A stretch of DNA of 64,000 nucleotides. It comes from a virus. The translations under genes and the position numbers were made by a program. The stretch is taken from IMG/VR virus record IMGVR_UViG_3300010885_026047, positions 1 through 64,000 of that record. One strand, written 5' to 3'. The notes beneath the pieces were generated by a model that ran no database searches, was not told the DNA's origin, and saw only the letters and a list, made by a program, of their open reading frames with translations. This document shows, one piece after another, positions 46,873-56,685 of this stretch; positions within the stretch are counted from its first letter, which is position 1; each line of letters starts with the position of its first letter.

Positions 46873-47460
46873 TTATTGCTTGTTTGCTACCTTGTTCATT
46901 GCTATTTGACGTATTTGCCATACCAGTTGCTCACTATTCCATTTCTGTATTGTCCGAAGAGCTTCTGGTCTACCGTCTATCAGTATCTGTAATTCCCGGT
47001 AACTGAACATTGGTTTGTTATCGGCTATATATGTTGTACGAGCTTCTGGAGAGCTGAACCATTTGAACTCGTGGTTATCCTTTGCCTGTTCTGCGTATGC
47101 TAGACCGCATTCCCATATATCATCAATACCGTATACCATTCTGTCTCCATCATAGCACTTGTATCCATCTTCTGTAGTGAGTAGTAGCTCTGGTGTAGGT
47201 TGCTTCTCTCCATCATTCCTCACAGCATCCTGTAGTATCTTGTTGATCCCATCAGCCATACTCTTTGGTACTATGTAGTTCACACCATCTATCTGCATGT
47301 CTACTTTTTCCTGTACTGGTTCTGCTACTGGTGACTGTTCTATCAGGTCTAGTACTTTTCCAGCAGCAAAGTACCTGTTAGGAGCACCATCGCTACTACA
47401 TCCGTTATCTCTTAAACACTCAGCTATCTTTGTCTGTAGCTGTTCTCTGTTTTTGTTCAT
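46873..47460 (-). CDS. hypothetical protein
   Basis: 195 aa ORF. Confidence 0.55.
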   Translation of the reverse strand: MNKNREQLQTKIAECLRDNGCSSDGAPNRYFAAGKVLDLIEQSPVAEPVQEKVDMQIDGVNYIVPKSMADGINKILQDAVRNDGEKQPTPELLLTTEDGYKCYDGDRMVYGIDDIWECGLAYAEQAKDNHEFKWFSSPEARTTYIADNKPMFSYRELQILIDGRPEALRTIQKWNSEQLVWQIRQIAMNKVANKQ

Positions 47461-47462
47461 AT

Positions 47463-47999
47463 CTATGCGCAGTTTGAACCATGATCGTTATACTCTTCTT
47501 CTACTTCCATACCTATCAGAGACATGTATACCTGTTGTCTTAACCACACCTCACAAGCAGGTTGGTACTGCATCCGGTTCTGACCACTTTCATAGCTCTC
47601 TTCTTTTACCAGCTTTATCTGTTTTCTAAGAGCCTCTAACACTTGTTCTGCAGAGACGTTGTTCTCCTGTAGTCCTCGTAGATAGAGCATCTGGCATATC
47701 TGTTTGTTAGCTTTCAAGACCCTCGAACTTTTAAACTGCATACCTCTATAGCTAAAGTTGGCACTACTCGGATACTCCTGCCAGAACACCTCGAACCCTT
47801 TGTCATCTGTTACCTGTGGCTTTTTACGCTCCTTCTTTTGCTCTGTATCTGCCAGATATGTTTCCAAAGTACACTTAGCCAGTGTACCTAAGATAGTCTC
47901 TTCTGACAAGGTTCTATCCATCCCCATCTGTGTCCGTAACTTATCTCGGATATAGAGCATGATATCCGACCACTCTTTCTGTACTATCTGTAGTGCCAT
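47463..47999 (-). CDS. replication initiator/helicase-loader-like protein
   Basis: FEVFWQEYP...EVWLRQ motif typical of phage replication proteins; upstream of the helicase. Confidence 0.55.
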   Translation of the reverse strand: MALQIVQKEWSDIMLYIRDKLRTQMGMDRTLSEETILGTLAKCTLETYLADTEQKKERKKPQVTDDKGFEVFWQEYPSSANFSYRGMQFKSSRVLKANKQICQMLYLRGLQENNVSAEQVLEALRKQIKLVKEESYESGQNRMQYQPACEVWLRQQVYMSLIGMEVEEEYNDHGSNCA

Positions 48000-48084
48000 A
48001 TAGCTTTGAGTTTTTGCGGAGAACCAAAGTACAACTAACTGTTGGTCTTTGCAACTCCTTTTTCGTTATACTGATGTTATTTCC

Positions 48085-48933
48085 TTAGTCTTTTTCAACT
48101 TCCATAGTTACAGATAGTACCATCTCTGGAAACTTCTCAGTGTCTGAAAAACTTATAGCTTTACAGAACTTTCCAGCTACAAACAAGTTCCAGGCTTTTA
48201 TAACAAAAGCGTTGAGAAACTTTGCACTGTACTTCTTAGTACTGGTGACGTTTGATACTAGCTTCTGTCTGAGAACATAGATAGGATCTTGTGTTCCGGA
48301 TAAGTTTAAACCTGTAGAGAGCTTGTCAAAGAACTCATTTCCCTTCTCTTCGTCTGCTTTACACATACGCATATAAAAAGCAGCTATAGTTGTTATAGCT
48401 AGTAACTTACCTCCTGTTTTGTACCAGCTTGAAGCTTTAGTACATATGTTCTGGTAGTACTCTGGTCTTTTGTTGTATAGTTCAAGTAACATAGAGGCAG
48501 ATACTCCTGCAGTAACATTTGACTGATGGTTGTTATACCCAGTTTGTCTAAAGATAATGTCAGCTTTTACTATAGCTGATATACGACTGGCATTAGGTAT
48601 CTCTGCTAGAGCAAATACTATACCAGACGTTCTTGATCTGTGTGTATCAAAGTGCTTAAAGTTTTCAGGATCTTCGTTGCGGGTAACACTGAACATGAGA
48701 GTTCTTCCTGACTTAACTACAGCAAGTAAACGATGTTGTCCGTTGTGCATACAGTTGTTCCAGTCAATAGATATACCTTGTGATGTTGTTTTCCACCGTC
48801 CTTCTACCATATCTTTAGCATACACAGAAACTAATCCCATATCAGGCTTTCTGTTGTGAGAGCAACTTTCCAGCATCTTTTTAGCGATCTGTGGAGTTAT
48901 CTTCTCTATACTTGTTATCATTTTCTTATCCAT
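48085..48933 (-). CDS. ParB/Srx-like protein
   Basis: ITPQIAKKML..NR....V..YA.DM..GRW....I......NGQHRLLAV. Confidence 0.75.
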   Translation of the reverse strand: MDKKMITSIEKITPQIAKKMLESCSHNRKPDMGLVSVYAKDMVEGRWKTTSQGISIDWNNCMHNGQHRLLAVVKSGRTLMFSVTRNEDPENFKHFDTHRSRTSGIVFALAEIPNASRISAIVKADIIFRQTGYNNHQSNVTAGVSASMLLELYNKRPEYYQNICTKASSWYKTGGKLLAITTIAAFYMRMCKADEEKGNEFFDKLSTGLNLSGTQDPIYVLRQKLVSNVTSTKKYSAKFLNAFVIKAWNLFVAGKFCKAISFSDTEKFPEMVLSVTMEVEKD

Positions 48934-48954
48934 AAGTTTTGTTTTAACTTGTTT

Positions 48955-50985
48955 TTAAAAAAGTCTCTGTAACCCAGATAGCCTTTCCTTTCGTTGCTGC
49001 TTGTAGTTCGGGTCTATCTTACCGATGATCTCATACGCTTTTTCTGCATACCAGTCTTTATCTATAGAGTAGTCCTCCCACTTAGCTACTTCAAATGGTG
49101 TGTTAAACAGTACCTGTTTAGCACTTGTTTTCTGCACATGACTGAGTTTTGGACCTGTTTTTACAGAGTGCTCCTGTTTGATCTTGAACAGTTTCTCTCC
49201 TATCTCTGCTTTTGGGTCTGCTGCATAGTATCTTACCAGCTTCTTCAGATCAGTTATCTGTCCGGTCTTTCTGTTAACTTGCCTGTAGAAGTAGTCTCTA
49301 CTTGCTTTAGCTGCCATAGTAAAGTCATAGATGTATCTGTGAGAGCTTATAACCTCTTCAGGTAGGCGGTTGTTCATGTAGTACTCGTATAGACATAGTG
49401 CAACCATCTTCTTGCTCTTGTTCTTTTCCAATAGGTAGTCTTTGAGAAAGTCCTTCTTCTCCTTTGTTGTACCGTCTGTCTTTATAGCCAGGTAACTGTT
49501 AACGTTTAGCATCACATACTTGGTGTACTCTGTATACTCCAGTTCTCCTATACCTGTCTGGGTTATCAGAACGACATCTTCCCACTTCTTACATAGTTGG
49601 TAGAACACTTCCAGTTTATCTGTAGGTACACCACATAAAGCACCATCAGTGTTAGCTGAGAGTACATCTATACCAGCATCACACATCCACTCTATCAGCA
49701 TCAGTATCTCAAACTGGTTACCGATAGTACACTGAAAGTGAACCCACGGGTCATACTGTACACTGTAAGTACTGTTGGTCATACCAAAACCACCACCGTT
49801 AACGGAGACTTTCAGTGTCTCGGCTATACCTTTGTACCGGGCATCTGTCTTGCCTCTCTTCTTAGCATCTAACCGTTTCTCTATCAACCGTTTGTAGTTT
49901 ACCAACCACTCTTTACCAAGATGTGCCGGATAGAGACCACGTTTTACGATACTTGACGGATACTGACTACCTGCATCAAACTCTATTAACTTGTAGCTAT
50001 CTGTTGACTGTAGTAGTACTGCAGGGTTTTCTGTGTGTATACCACCTTTAGCTATCATATACTGCAGACCTTGGTACACAAACGGAAACTCCTGTTTTGC
50101 ACCTCCCAGGTTCACTCTCTCCTGTTCTACCTGTTTACGAATACTTTGCATCTCTGCAGACTTGAACCTAATATAACTGGGTATACAGTCCCCAAACGTA
50201 AACTCTTTCTTCTTCCGGCTCTTTTTAGCTGCATAGAGATCGTTCCAGTTCTTACCGGACTCTTTCATATACCCTAACAAGTTTACCTGTTCACCAAGCT
50301 TTACATCTGAGTAGCTGATAGCTTCTTTTGCCAGACCAAACTCTTCCATAGCGTCTAACCGTTCCTGTATCTTATCCTTACCTTTATACAGTTCGTTATC
50401 ACAGTTACCCACTGTGTAGTTCCAAAGTGTCTCTGTTGCTCTGATATCGTGCTCACAGTACTCTTGTACCATCTTACACTGTTCTTCAGTCAGATAAGGT
50501 TCTGTATGGTCAAACGGCATCTCATCTACTATCTGGTCAGTCATAAACTCTATCCATTTCAAACTGGTCCGTTTGTTTTCGTTGAAAAAGTTGTGGATAG
50601 TTCCAAGGTCTATCTGAGCTATATCCATATACTTTTGGTTATATGGAGGCTTTATCTCATAGTCCTGGTTATTTATAATGTTTGACGCAAAACCAGCTAT
50701 AAACCCAACTATCTCCATAGCAGAACAGTTACTCCATACATGAGCTGTATCTAACACGTACTGTATAACCTGGCCATCAAACGATATGTTGTTAAAACCA
50801 CATATGTAGTCTTTTGGCATATCTACAAGCCACTTAACCAAACTGTCCAGTTCGTTCTTGTACTCGGATATCTCAAACCAGTACCACTCTTCTTTACCAA
50901 CCTTCTTGAACCCGAAAAGGCTTACAGCTTGAAAGGTCTCGATGTCATATAAGAAGGTTCTATCTGCTATGTCTTTAGTCGTCAT
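48955..50985 (-). CDS. DNA polymerase family B (crAss-like)
   Basis: YDIETF and GFNNISFD (3'-5' exo); FDAGSQYPS, KVSVNGGGFG, ANTDG (polymerase). Confidence 0.92.
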   Translation of the reverse strand: MTTKDIADRTFLYDIETFQAVSLFGFKKVGKEEWYWFEISEYKNELDSLVKWLVDMPKDYICGFNNISFDGQVIQYVLDTAHVWSNCSAMEIVGFIAGFASNIINNQDYEIKPPYNQKYMDIAQIDLGTIHNFFNENKRTSLKWIEFMTDQIVDEMPFDHTEPYLTEEQCKMVQEYCEHDIRATETLWNYTVGNCDNELYKGKDKIQERLDAMEEFGLAKEAISYSDVKLGEQVNLLGYMKESGKNWNDLYAAKKSRKKKEFTFGDCIPSYIRFKSAEMQSIRKQVEQERVNLGGAKQEFPFVYQGLQYMIAKGGIHTENPAVLLQSTDSYKLIEFDAGSQYPSSIVKRGLYPAHLGKEWLVNYKRLIEKRLDAKKRGKTDARYKGIAETLKVSVNGGGFGMTNSTYSVQYDPWVHFQCTIGNQFEILMLIEWMCDAGIDVLSANTDGALCGVPTDKLEVFYQLCKKWEDVVLITQTGIGELEYTEYTKYVMLNVNSYLAIKTDGTTKEKKDFLKDYLLEKNKSKKMVALCLYEYYMNNRLPEEVISSHRYIYDFTMAAKASRDYFYRQVNRKTGQITDLKKLVRYYAADPKAEIGEKLFKIKQEHSVKTGPKLSHVQKTSAKQVLFNTPFEVAKWEDYSIDKDWYAEKAYEIIGKIDPNYKQQRKERLSGLQRLF

Positions 50986-51006
50986 ACCTCTTTAGCTTTT
51001 ATATAG

Positions 51007-51045
51007 GTGCTGATAGGGTTTGTTTGTCCTACCAGCACCCTTTTT
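51007..51045. terminator. intergenic hairpin upstream of PolB
   Basis: GGTGCTG-ATAGG...CCTA-CCAGCACC. Confidence 0.45.
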
Positions 51046-51046
51046 G

Positions 51047-51268
51047 TTAGTCTTGTTTCTTTTCTAACTTTCCCCACTTCTCCAGGTTATAATCTTTGTA
51101 CTCCATAACTACCATCTTCCATACATCAGAGAACGTACCTATAACTATCCTTACGTTGACTGTTAGCTGTTCCCGTTCTGTGTCGTTTGAGAGCACATCC
51201 ATCTCTCTGTACTCTGACCCGTATCTTGCTACTATCAGGTCTCCGGTCTTTAACTCGTTTAACTGCAT
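51047..51268 (-). CDS. hypothetical protein
   Basis: 73 aa ORF. Confidence 0.5.
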   Translation of the reverse strand: MQLNELKTGDLIVARYGSEYREMDVLSNDTEREQLTVNVRIVIGTFSDVWKMVVMEYKDYNLEKWGKLEKKQD

Positions 51269-51283
51269 CTTTCTGTTTGGTTT

Positions 51284-51499
51284 TTACTGTTTGTCTTCAG
51301 TTGGTTTTATCGTTTGTTGTTGTGGAGCCGATGTTATCACTACACAGTTGGCATGTGTCTTATCTCCTACTGGCATAGTTGCTACCTGTGTTGCTTCTAC
51401 AGGTAACCTGAAGAGTTCTGTAAGTAGCTGTTTCTCCAGCTCTGTTTCTGGAGTACATATCAGCTGCAGCTTTCCGTTACATATAAACGTTGTTTTCAT
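51284..51499 (-). CDS. hypothetical protein
   Basis: 71 aa ORF. Confidence 0.5.
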   Translation of the reverse strand: MKTTFICNGKLQLICTPETELEKQLLTELFRLPVEATQVATMPVGDKTHANCVVITSAPQQQTIKPTEDKQ

Positions 51500-51568
51500 A
51501 TCTTCTTGTGTTTAAAGCTACACGGAGAGTACTTATCCCTCAAACATAGCTGGTTGTGAAAAGTACTT

Positions 51569-51922
51569 TTATACTTCTGACAGATGCTTCATTGCTGTGT
51601 TTATCAAACAACTTGCCCTGTACAATGTTTTCTTTTCCTTATAGTTGTTGTAACTTTCGGCATCTGTTACATACTTTTTTCCTCTTTCCGATACTTCAGC
51701 TACTTGCTTTCTAATATCTATACGAATACTATTTATCCGGGCCAGTATCTCTAACTTCCTGTTTTCACTATAGTTCCAGTTCAACCTGGTTCCTTGCAGA
51801 TAGTTAGCTACTGTCTCTGTAGAAGGTTTGTGTTTTGGTGCAGGTACATGTGTTTGTACTGTCTTCATGTCAAGTGTACTACCTGCCAAGTAGAGAACAC
51901 TTACTACTAGTTTTTTGCTCAT
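51569..51922 (-). CDS. hypothetical protein
   Basis: 117 aa ORF. Confidence 0.55.
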   Translation of the reverse strand: MSKKLVVSVLYLAGSTLDMKTVQTHVPAPKHKPSTETVANYLQGTRLNWNYSENRKLEILARINSIRIDIRKQVAEVSERGKKYVTDAESYNNYKEKKTLYRASCLINTAMKHLSEV

Positions 51923-51962
51923 CGTTTGGTTGTTTTAGTTGTTTTGTGAACTGTTTGTTTGT

Positions 51963-52604
51963 TTAACATCCTTCTCCAGGTTCTCTTCGGTCTGGTACTT
52001 TTCCATATACACTATCCAGAAACTCGTTCTCTTTTAACATCGTTTCAAACTCTTCATAAGACCCTTTCTTTAGTCCTGTTGTGTGGTTATAAAGGGGCAA
52101 GTCTTCTGATGGTACAGGTTCTCCAGATAACCATCTTGCATCTGTTTCTTGTTTTCCTTTTAGCCAGTTTACTAGTTCTTCATCAGTAGTTTCGGATAAC
52201 AGTTTGTCTATATCCTTTTCTAACTGTATAAGATCAACGTGAGGTCTTTCTGTCTCTTCGTGTGTTTCGTGTACTGAGCACTCTATCTCTTTCTGTAGAG
52301 CTTTGTACTTCTGTTTTAGTTCTTCATAGCCAGTGTCCAACATATCCCGTTGTTTTTTCATATACTTCAAAGTCTCTTGCGAAGTTTCGTACTTCTCTAC
52401 CCACTCATCTCTTTGTTTAAGTAGCATGTTTCTGTGCTTTGAAAGTATATCTAACAACTGTTGAGCTTTTGTTGCTTCTGTTATAGCGTTTTTAGCTAAC
52501 GGTTCCCATCTTTTTGCAGCATGTAAATATCCCCACAGATATCCAAGACCTGTAGTTACAAGAGAGATAGCAATGTATATCAGTACTATAGTTTGTGTTG
52601 TCAT
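51963..52604 (-). CDS. membrane-anchored coiled-coil protein
   Basis: N-terminal hydrophobic helix followed by a heptad-rich region. Confidence 0.6.
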   Translation of the reverse strand: MTTQTIVLIYIAISLVTTGLGYLWGYLHAAKRWEPLAKNAITEATKAQQLLDILSKHRNMLLKQRDEWVEKYETSQETLKYMKKQRDMLDTGYEELKQKYKALQKEIECSVHETHEETERPHVDLIQLEKDIDKLLSETTDEELVNWLKGKQETDARWLSGEPVPSEDLPLYNHTTGLKKGSYEEFETMLKENEFLDSVYGKVPDRREPGEGC

Positions 52605-52728
52605 ATCTGTTTTGTTTTTAATTTGGCTATCGATAGAAAAAGAGAAACAAGCAACTGGTTACCCATAAGATACACCAGTTACTGTTCTCCGTTCACATGC
52701 ACAACCAAACGTACATATCTTTTTTTCC

Positions 52729-53070
52729 TTAACTTAACCACTCTGCAGGTGCTGGTGTTGTTTTCCGGTTATAGCAGATAAGTCCTATCCAGTGTTCTCC
52801 AGTGTCTGTAACAAAGTGCTGTGGTTTCTCTACTTTCTCTGCATATCTCGGTTTTAAAACTCCTAGAGAACCAAGTAGTTCCTGAGACCTTATCCAGTCA
52901 GCGTACTGTGGATCTTCTCTACAGACATATCCCCAGGTCTTGTGTAGGTACTTTCCGAACGAGAGTAAACTTTCATACGACTCTCTGTGAGTAGACATAC
53001 TGTACGGTATTTTCTTCCACTCCTTCTTCTGTGTATCTGGTTTCTGTTGGACCTTCTTACTTATCTGCAT
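52729..53070 (-). CDS. ExoX C-terminal/DUF3820-like small domain protein
   Basis: LSFGKY..KT...V...DPQYADW. Confidence 0.6.
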   Translation of the reverse strand: MQISKKVQQKPDTQKKEWKKIPYSMSTHRESYESLLSFGKYLHKTWGYVCREDPQYADWIRSQELLGSLGVLKPRYAEKVEKPQHFVTDTGEHWIGLICYNRKTTPAPAEWLS

Positions 53071-53399
53071 CAGTTTTGTTGATCTTCAGTGACTTCCAGT
53101 TGTTTGCTTTTCTCAACTCTTACAAATGGTTTTGTGTACCCATGTTCTTGCAGCCATATCTCCGGTCTTCTAACACGTAACCTCTGTCTGTAGAAGTGTT
53201 GCCCTGGTCTCGTAAACCACGAGAGAGCTATACCTACAAGACCTCCTACGTTTAACAAACCTGTCCATATAGCTCCCATAACGTGACTTGGTATCAGTTC
53301 TGAACGGTTCCATAGCTCTATAGCGGAGATATCTATACAGACTAACATAACTGTTATAGCTGTTCTATACGGTAGTGTGTATATCCATCTTTGTTTCAT
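53070..53399 (-). CDS. two-TM membrane protein
   Basis: two hydrophobic helices. Confidence 0.55.
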   Translation of the reverse strand: MKQRWIYTLPYRTAITVMLVCIDISAIELWNRSELIPSHVMGAIWTGLLNVGGLVGIALSWFTRPGQHFYRQRLRVRRPEIWLQEHGYTKPFVRVEKSKQLEVTEDQQN

Positions 53400-53579
53400 A
53401 ACTGTTGTGGCTTTAAGTCGTTGTGAACAGATAGTTCTGAAACATATACATCTATCAGAGCACTTGGAGTATCATCTTCTATCCACATCCACTTGTTGGG
53501 ATCGTGTACTGGTTGTGTCCACTCTGCTACTGGTATCTTTCCTGAAGTTTCTTGGTTGTTGTACATAGTTTTGGTTGTT

Positions 53580-53885
53580 TTAGTGTGGTAACAATAGCTT
53601 ACAGACCGGAGCTGAGATAAACCCTGAAGATACTCTACGTAGTTCTGGTCCTATATGTCCGGCTTTTAACATCTCTTCATAGATACCTTCGTTTTCACTG
53701 TAGTCTTTTACGATAACTTCATCGGCTTCTATCTGTTCTTCAGGTATGTTGATAGTAGCTACACACTCTGACTCTGGCCCAAACTGTTCATCTTCTGTAG
53801 AGATATACACTACAGCAAGTCGTTTGTTGTTATATCTGTGAACAGTCGGTGTCCACTTGTGAAAGTTCTCTTGTATATAGTTCAT
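53580..53885 (-). CDS. DUF4313-like protein
   Basis: Y.N.RLA...ATIN...VKDYSENEG...SSGF...PVC. Confidence 0.6.
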   Translation of the reverse strand: MNYIQENFHKWTPTVHRYNNKRLAVVYISTEDEQFGPESECVATINIPEEQIEADEVIVKDYSENEGIYEEMLKAGHIGPELRRVSSGFISAPVCKLLLPH

Positions 53886-53916
53886 GTTTGGTTGTTTTGT
53901 ATCGTTTAGTTTGTTG

Positions 53917-54396
53917 TTATCTGTACATCTTCATGTTGTTGTACTGGCTGTTTACTTCTTGCATGATCTTCTCGTTTCCTGTACCTGTGTCCGGGTGATA
54001 CATCTTGCAGAGTTGTCTATAACGTTTCTTCACTTCCTCTGCTGTTCTACAGCTAGAGAAGTAGTCAGTTTTACTTCTTACCCAGTCACTATAGTCTCTG
54101 CTGTTATAGCTCCTTGACTTTCTCTGACGAGGTTCAACCTTCAGCATAGTCAGACAGAACAGGTTTGTTACCCACTTCTGACCAAACTGTACACTCTTAA
54201 CACTGAAAGAGCCAGACACTTTATCGTTTAACTCTACAGGTCCTAACAGCTTCTCTATGTTATCGTCAAAGATAACCATATACAGGTCACGTTTGTCATC
54301 GGTGTGTATAACGATGTTGACCTTTCGTTTGATCTTACCGGTACACTCTTCAGACTCACCTACCCAGGTTATCCTGCCTATATAGTCGTATGTCAT
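53917..54396 (-). CDS. OB-fold (DUF3127-like) plus J-domain fusion
   Basis: N-terminal GRI...V..SFSVKS..F..KW.T.L; C-terminal EEVKKRYRQLCKMYHPDTG...MQEVN (HPD motif). Confidence 0.75.
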   Translation of the reverse strand: MTYDYIGRITWVGESEECTGKIKRKVNIVIHTDDKRDLYMVIFDDNIEKLLGPVELNDKVSGSFSVKSVQFGQKWVTNLFCLTMLKVEPRQRKSRSYNSRDYSDWVRSKTDYFSSCRTAEEVKKRYRQLCKMYHPDTGTGNEKIMQEVNSQYNNMKMYR

Positions 54397-54647
54397 ATAG
54401 CTGTTATCTGAACGTCTTCATCTTCTGGTAAAACTCCTATAACTTCTAACAGGTTGTGGTCTACTTCTGTATCTATCGGATAGTGGATAAACTCATCGAA
54501 GAACTCCTCTTGTGTATACCCTAACTGTTCCATAGTTACCATATCTCCATCTTCTGTGTCAGTTCTTACTTTCAACTCTTTGTTGATCTCTGCAGAGACA
54601 CGAAACTTGTAGTTACTTGCATCTCTATACTGTAGTTCATACTTCAT
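54393..54647 (-). CDS. acidic hypothetical protein
   Basis: YRDASNYK...DHNLLE. Confidence 0.6.
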   Translation of the reverse strand: MKYELQYRDASNYKFRVSAEINKELKVRTDTEDGDMVTMEQLGYTQEEFFDEFIHYPIDTEVDHNLLEVIGVLPEDEDVQITAI

Positions 54648-54651
54648 ACTT

Positions 54652-55152
54652 TTAGTCGTTTTTAACCCATTTGCTTTCTCCTACTACCACTCTCTTTGGG
54701 TACTTTCTTATCCGGTTACCGTTAAAGAACAACTGCGGGTTTATCCAAAACACATCTTTGTACTCTGCTGTAGGTGTCATAAACTCATATCTGCAGAGTT
54801 CCTTCATAGCCTCTTTGTACGTGTTTATAGACTTTATAGTGTTCTTCTTCATGTACCACTCACGGTTCAGATATATCCAGTCTTTGTTGACTTCCACGTT
54901 ATAGAGTAGATATAGATAGAGAGACTTAGCTGCTGCTGATAAGTTATAGACCCTGTCTTTACACCCTGCTGACTGGTATATCCGTGTTGACTTAGCTTTT
55001 TCTACCAAACGTTCTACAGGTATATCTTCACCTGTTTTCTCATCTCTGACGAACATCTTACTCTCTACAACAGCAGTAGCTTCTATACACAGTTTACTGG
55101 CAAACGGGTTGTTTATCAGCTTGGTTTGGTCTATCTCTTGTCGTTTCTTCAT
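54652..55152 (-). CDS. RepL-like winged-helix protein, paralog 2
   Basis: LSAAAKSLYLYLL...TYKEAMKEL...FWINPQLFFNGNR. Confidence 0.7.
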   Translation of the reverse strand: MKKRQEIDQTKLINNPFASKLCIEATAVVESKMFVRDEKTGEDIPVERLVEKAKSTRIYQSAGCKDRVYNLSAAAKSLYLYLLYNVEVNKDWIYLNREWYMKKNTIKSINTYKEAMKELCRYEFMTPTAEYKDVFWINPQLFFNGNRIRKYPKRVVVGESKWVKND

Positions 55153-55153
55153 G

Positions 55154-55426
55154 TGTCAGTCTTTTGACAAAGTTACAAACTCTTTTTCAACTTGTCAAAT
55201 TTTTGACTACTTTTATCTTGTTTTTGAAACTGTCAACCAGTTGACACCGATCCTGACAACTTTGTCCTCTGAAACCCTTGTCTGTACTGTCATACAACTA
55301 CTTTTTACCATACAACACTTTTCCGCCCTTCTTGTTACTACGATAAAGTACGACCTACGTAAACACTCTTCATAGCAGCCATAGGTATAGGTTTCAGCAG
55401 TTTTTAGCACTGTCAACCTACTGACA
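55154..55426. promoter_or_regulatory. Four TGTCA-N6-TGACA operators/iterons, two overlapping a TTTG-N20-TAACTTTG promoter
   Basis: Palindromes at 55154, 55193, 55231 and 55411; consensus Bacteroidota promoter on the minus strand at about 55168-55199. Confidence 0.8.
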
Positions 55427-55549
55427 ACTATCTACAGCCAGTTAACCCACCAGATATAACTACTACCTGCAGAGAGTTGTTTCTAGCAGGGTTTCGTGTT
55501 TCTTCTACAGGTTGTTGTGTTCTGGGTATAGCTATACTTCTTCAGGTAG

Positions 55550-55876
55550 TTACTTGCTAGTATAAACCCTCTGCTGATACCAGTTGTGGAACTCTACAGG
55601 GTCTTTCATCATGTCTGACAGTGTCTGTGCTTTTGGCTCAACTCTGTCATAGGCAGGTCTTGTCTTCGGAAACTCTACATATCGACCACTTTCTTTGCCT
55701 ATAGTCAGTTCCTGTAGACCTAACAGAGTACCTACTTCTACACAAACCAGAACGTTATCTGTATCGCTGATAACTGGTATATACTGATCTGCAGGGTAAA
55801 ACCTGGGCCGGAACAAACCTATGACCCTGTCTTGCATTTGTCTGAGAGCTTCACTCAGTTGCTTTGTGTCTTGCAT
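55550..55876 (-). CDS. hypothetical protein
   Basis: 108 aa ORF. Confidence 0.55.
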   Translation of the reverse strand: MQDTKQLSEALRQMQDRVIGLFRPRFYPADQYIPVISDTDNVLVCVEVGTLLGLQELTIGKESGRYVEFPKTRPAYDRVEPKAQTLSDMMKDPVEFHNWYQQRVYTSK

Positions 55877-55957
55877 GTTTTTGTGTTTTAACTGGTTAAC
55901 TTATCTTGGATAACGCTTCACTTCTGTAGAAAGGGTGTATAGAGCAGAACATCGAAC

Positions 55958-56197
55958 TTACTCTATATGGCTTAGGAGAAAGTTTGCCAACTGTTTTGCC
56001 TGTAGACTATCTATACCTACATGTAGCTCTCTTTCCAGGTCTTCATCCCATTTACAGATGTCCAGAAACGCACCATTACCATGTTCTGTAGAGTCTATAC
56101 TGAGCCTTTCAGCAACTTTATCATCACCATACTCTGCCTGTTGACCTTCTTTGTACTCGGTCAGAAACATCTCTAACTTACTGTAGCTGAGTTTCAT
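55958..56197 (-). CDS. hypothetical protein (likely start MKLSYS)
   Basis: short acidic ORF. Confidence 0.5.
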   Translation of the reverse strand: MKLSYSKLEMFLTEYKEGQQAEYGDDKVAERLSIDSTEHGNGAFLDICKWDEDLERELHVGIDSLQAKQLANFLLSHIE

Positions 56198-56522
56198 ATA
56201 TCTAGACTTTTTAACTTTGTGTGAAACGAAAAACACCTGCACAGAACTATATCCATGCAGATGTTACTTAAACGAACAAGGTGTGTTACTACTCCTCAAC
56301 TGGAGAAGGAACGTACACGAGAAGTGCTGTAGGGTACTGATCTTCGAACTGTGACCACGTTCCAACAAACTCTCTTATCTTGGCTGACTTAGACGACAGC
56401 AGCTTAAACATAAACAAAAACATAATATCTACAGACGCGGCATTACCCTGCTGTAGACCCTGTACTTAAACACTTATAAACTACCCTGAAGAGAGAGAGT
56501 AGTAACTACAGGTAGATGATGT

Positions 56523-56685
56523 GAGTGAGAGTAGGATTCGGCACCTACAACAACTTTAGCTATGAACTTGACCCTATCAGTAGCCCAACCGTACTTCAGC
56601 CTGTTACAGCATGTACATATGCACTATCCTTCGTGCCGTTTATTCACTATAACGGAGCATCTGTTGCATCTTGCTTGACCTCACC
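56523..56685 (-). ncRNA. candidate tRNA-like structured RNA
   Basis: GGTGAGG/TCTCACT acceptor-like stem; GTAGG-TGCCGAAT-CCTAC T-arm-like hairpin; internal hairpins. Confidence 0.4.

Noticed and set aside
55154-55260. CRISPR mini-array (38-39 bp periodicity)
   Set aside because: The repeats are only 5-bp half-site palindromes with variable centres; operator-like, and no cas genes are present
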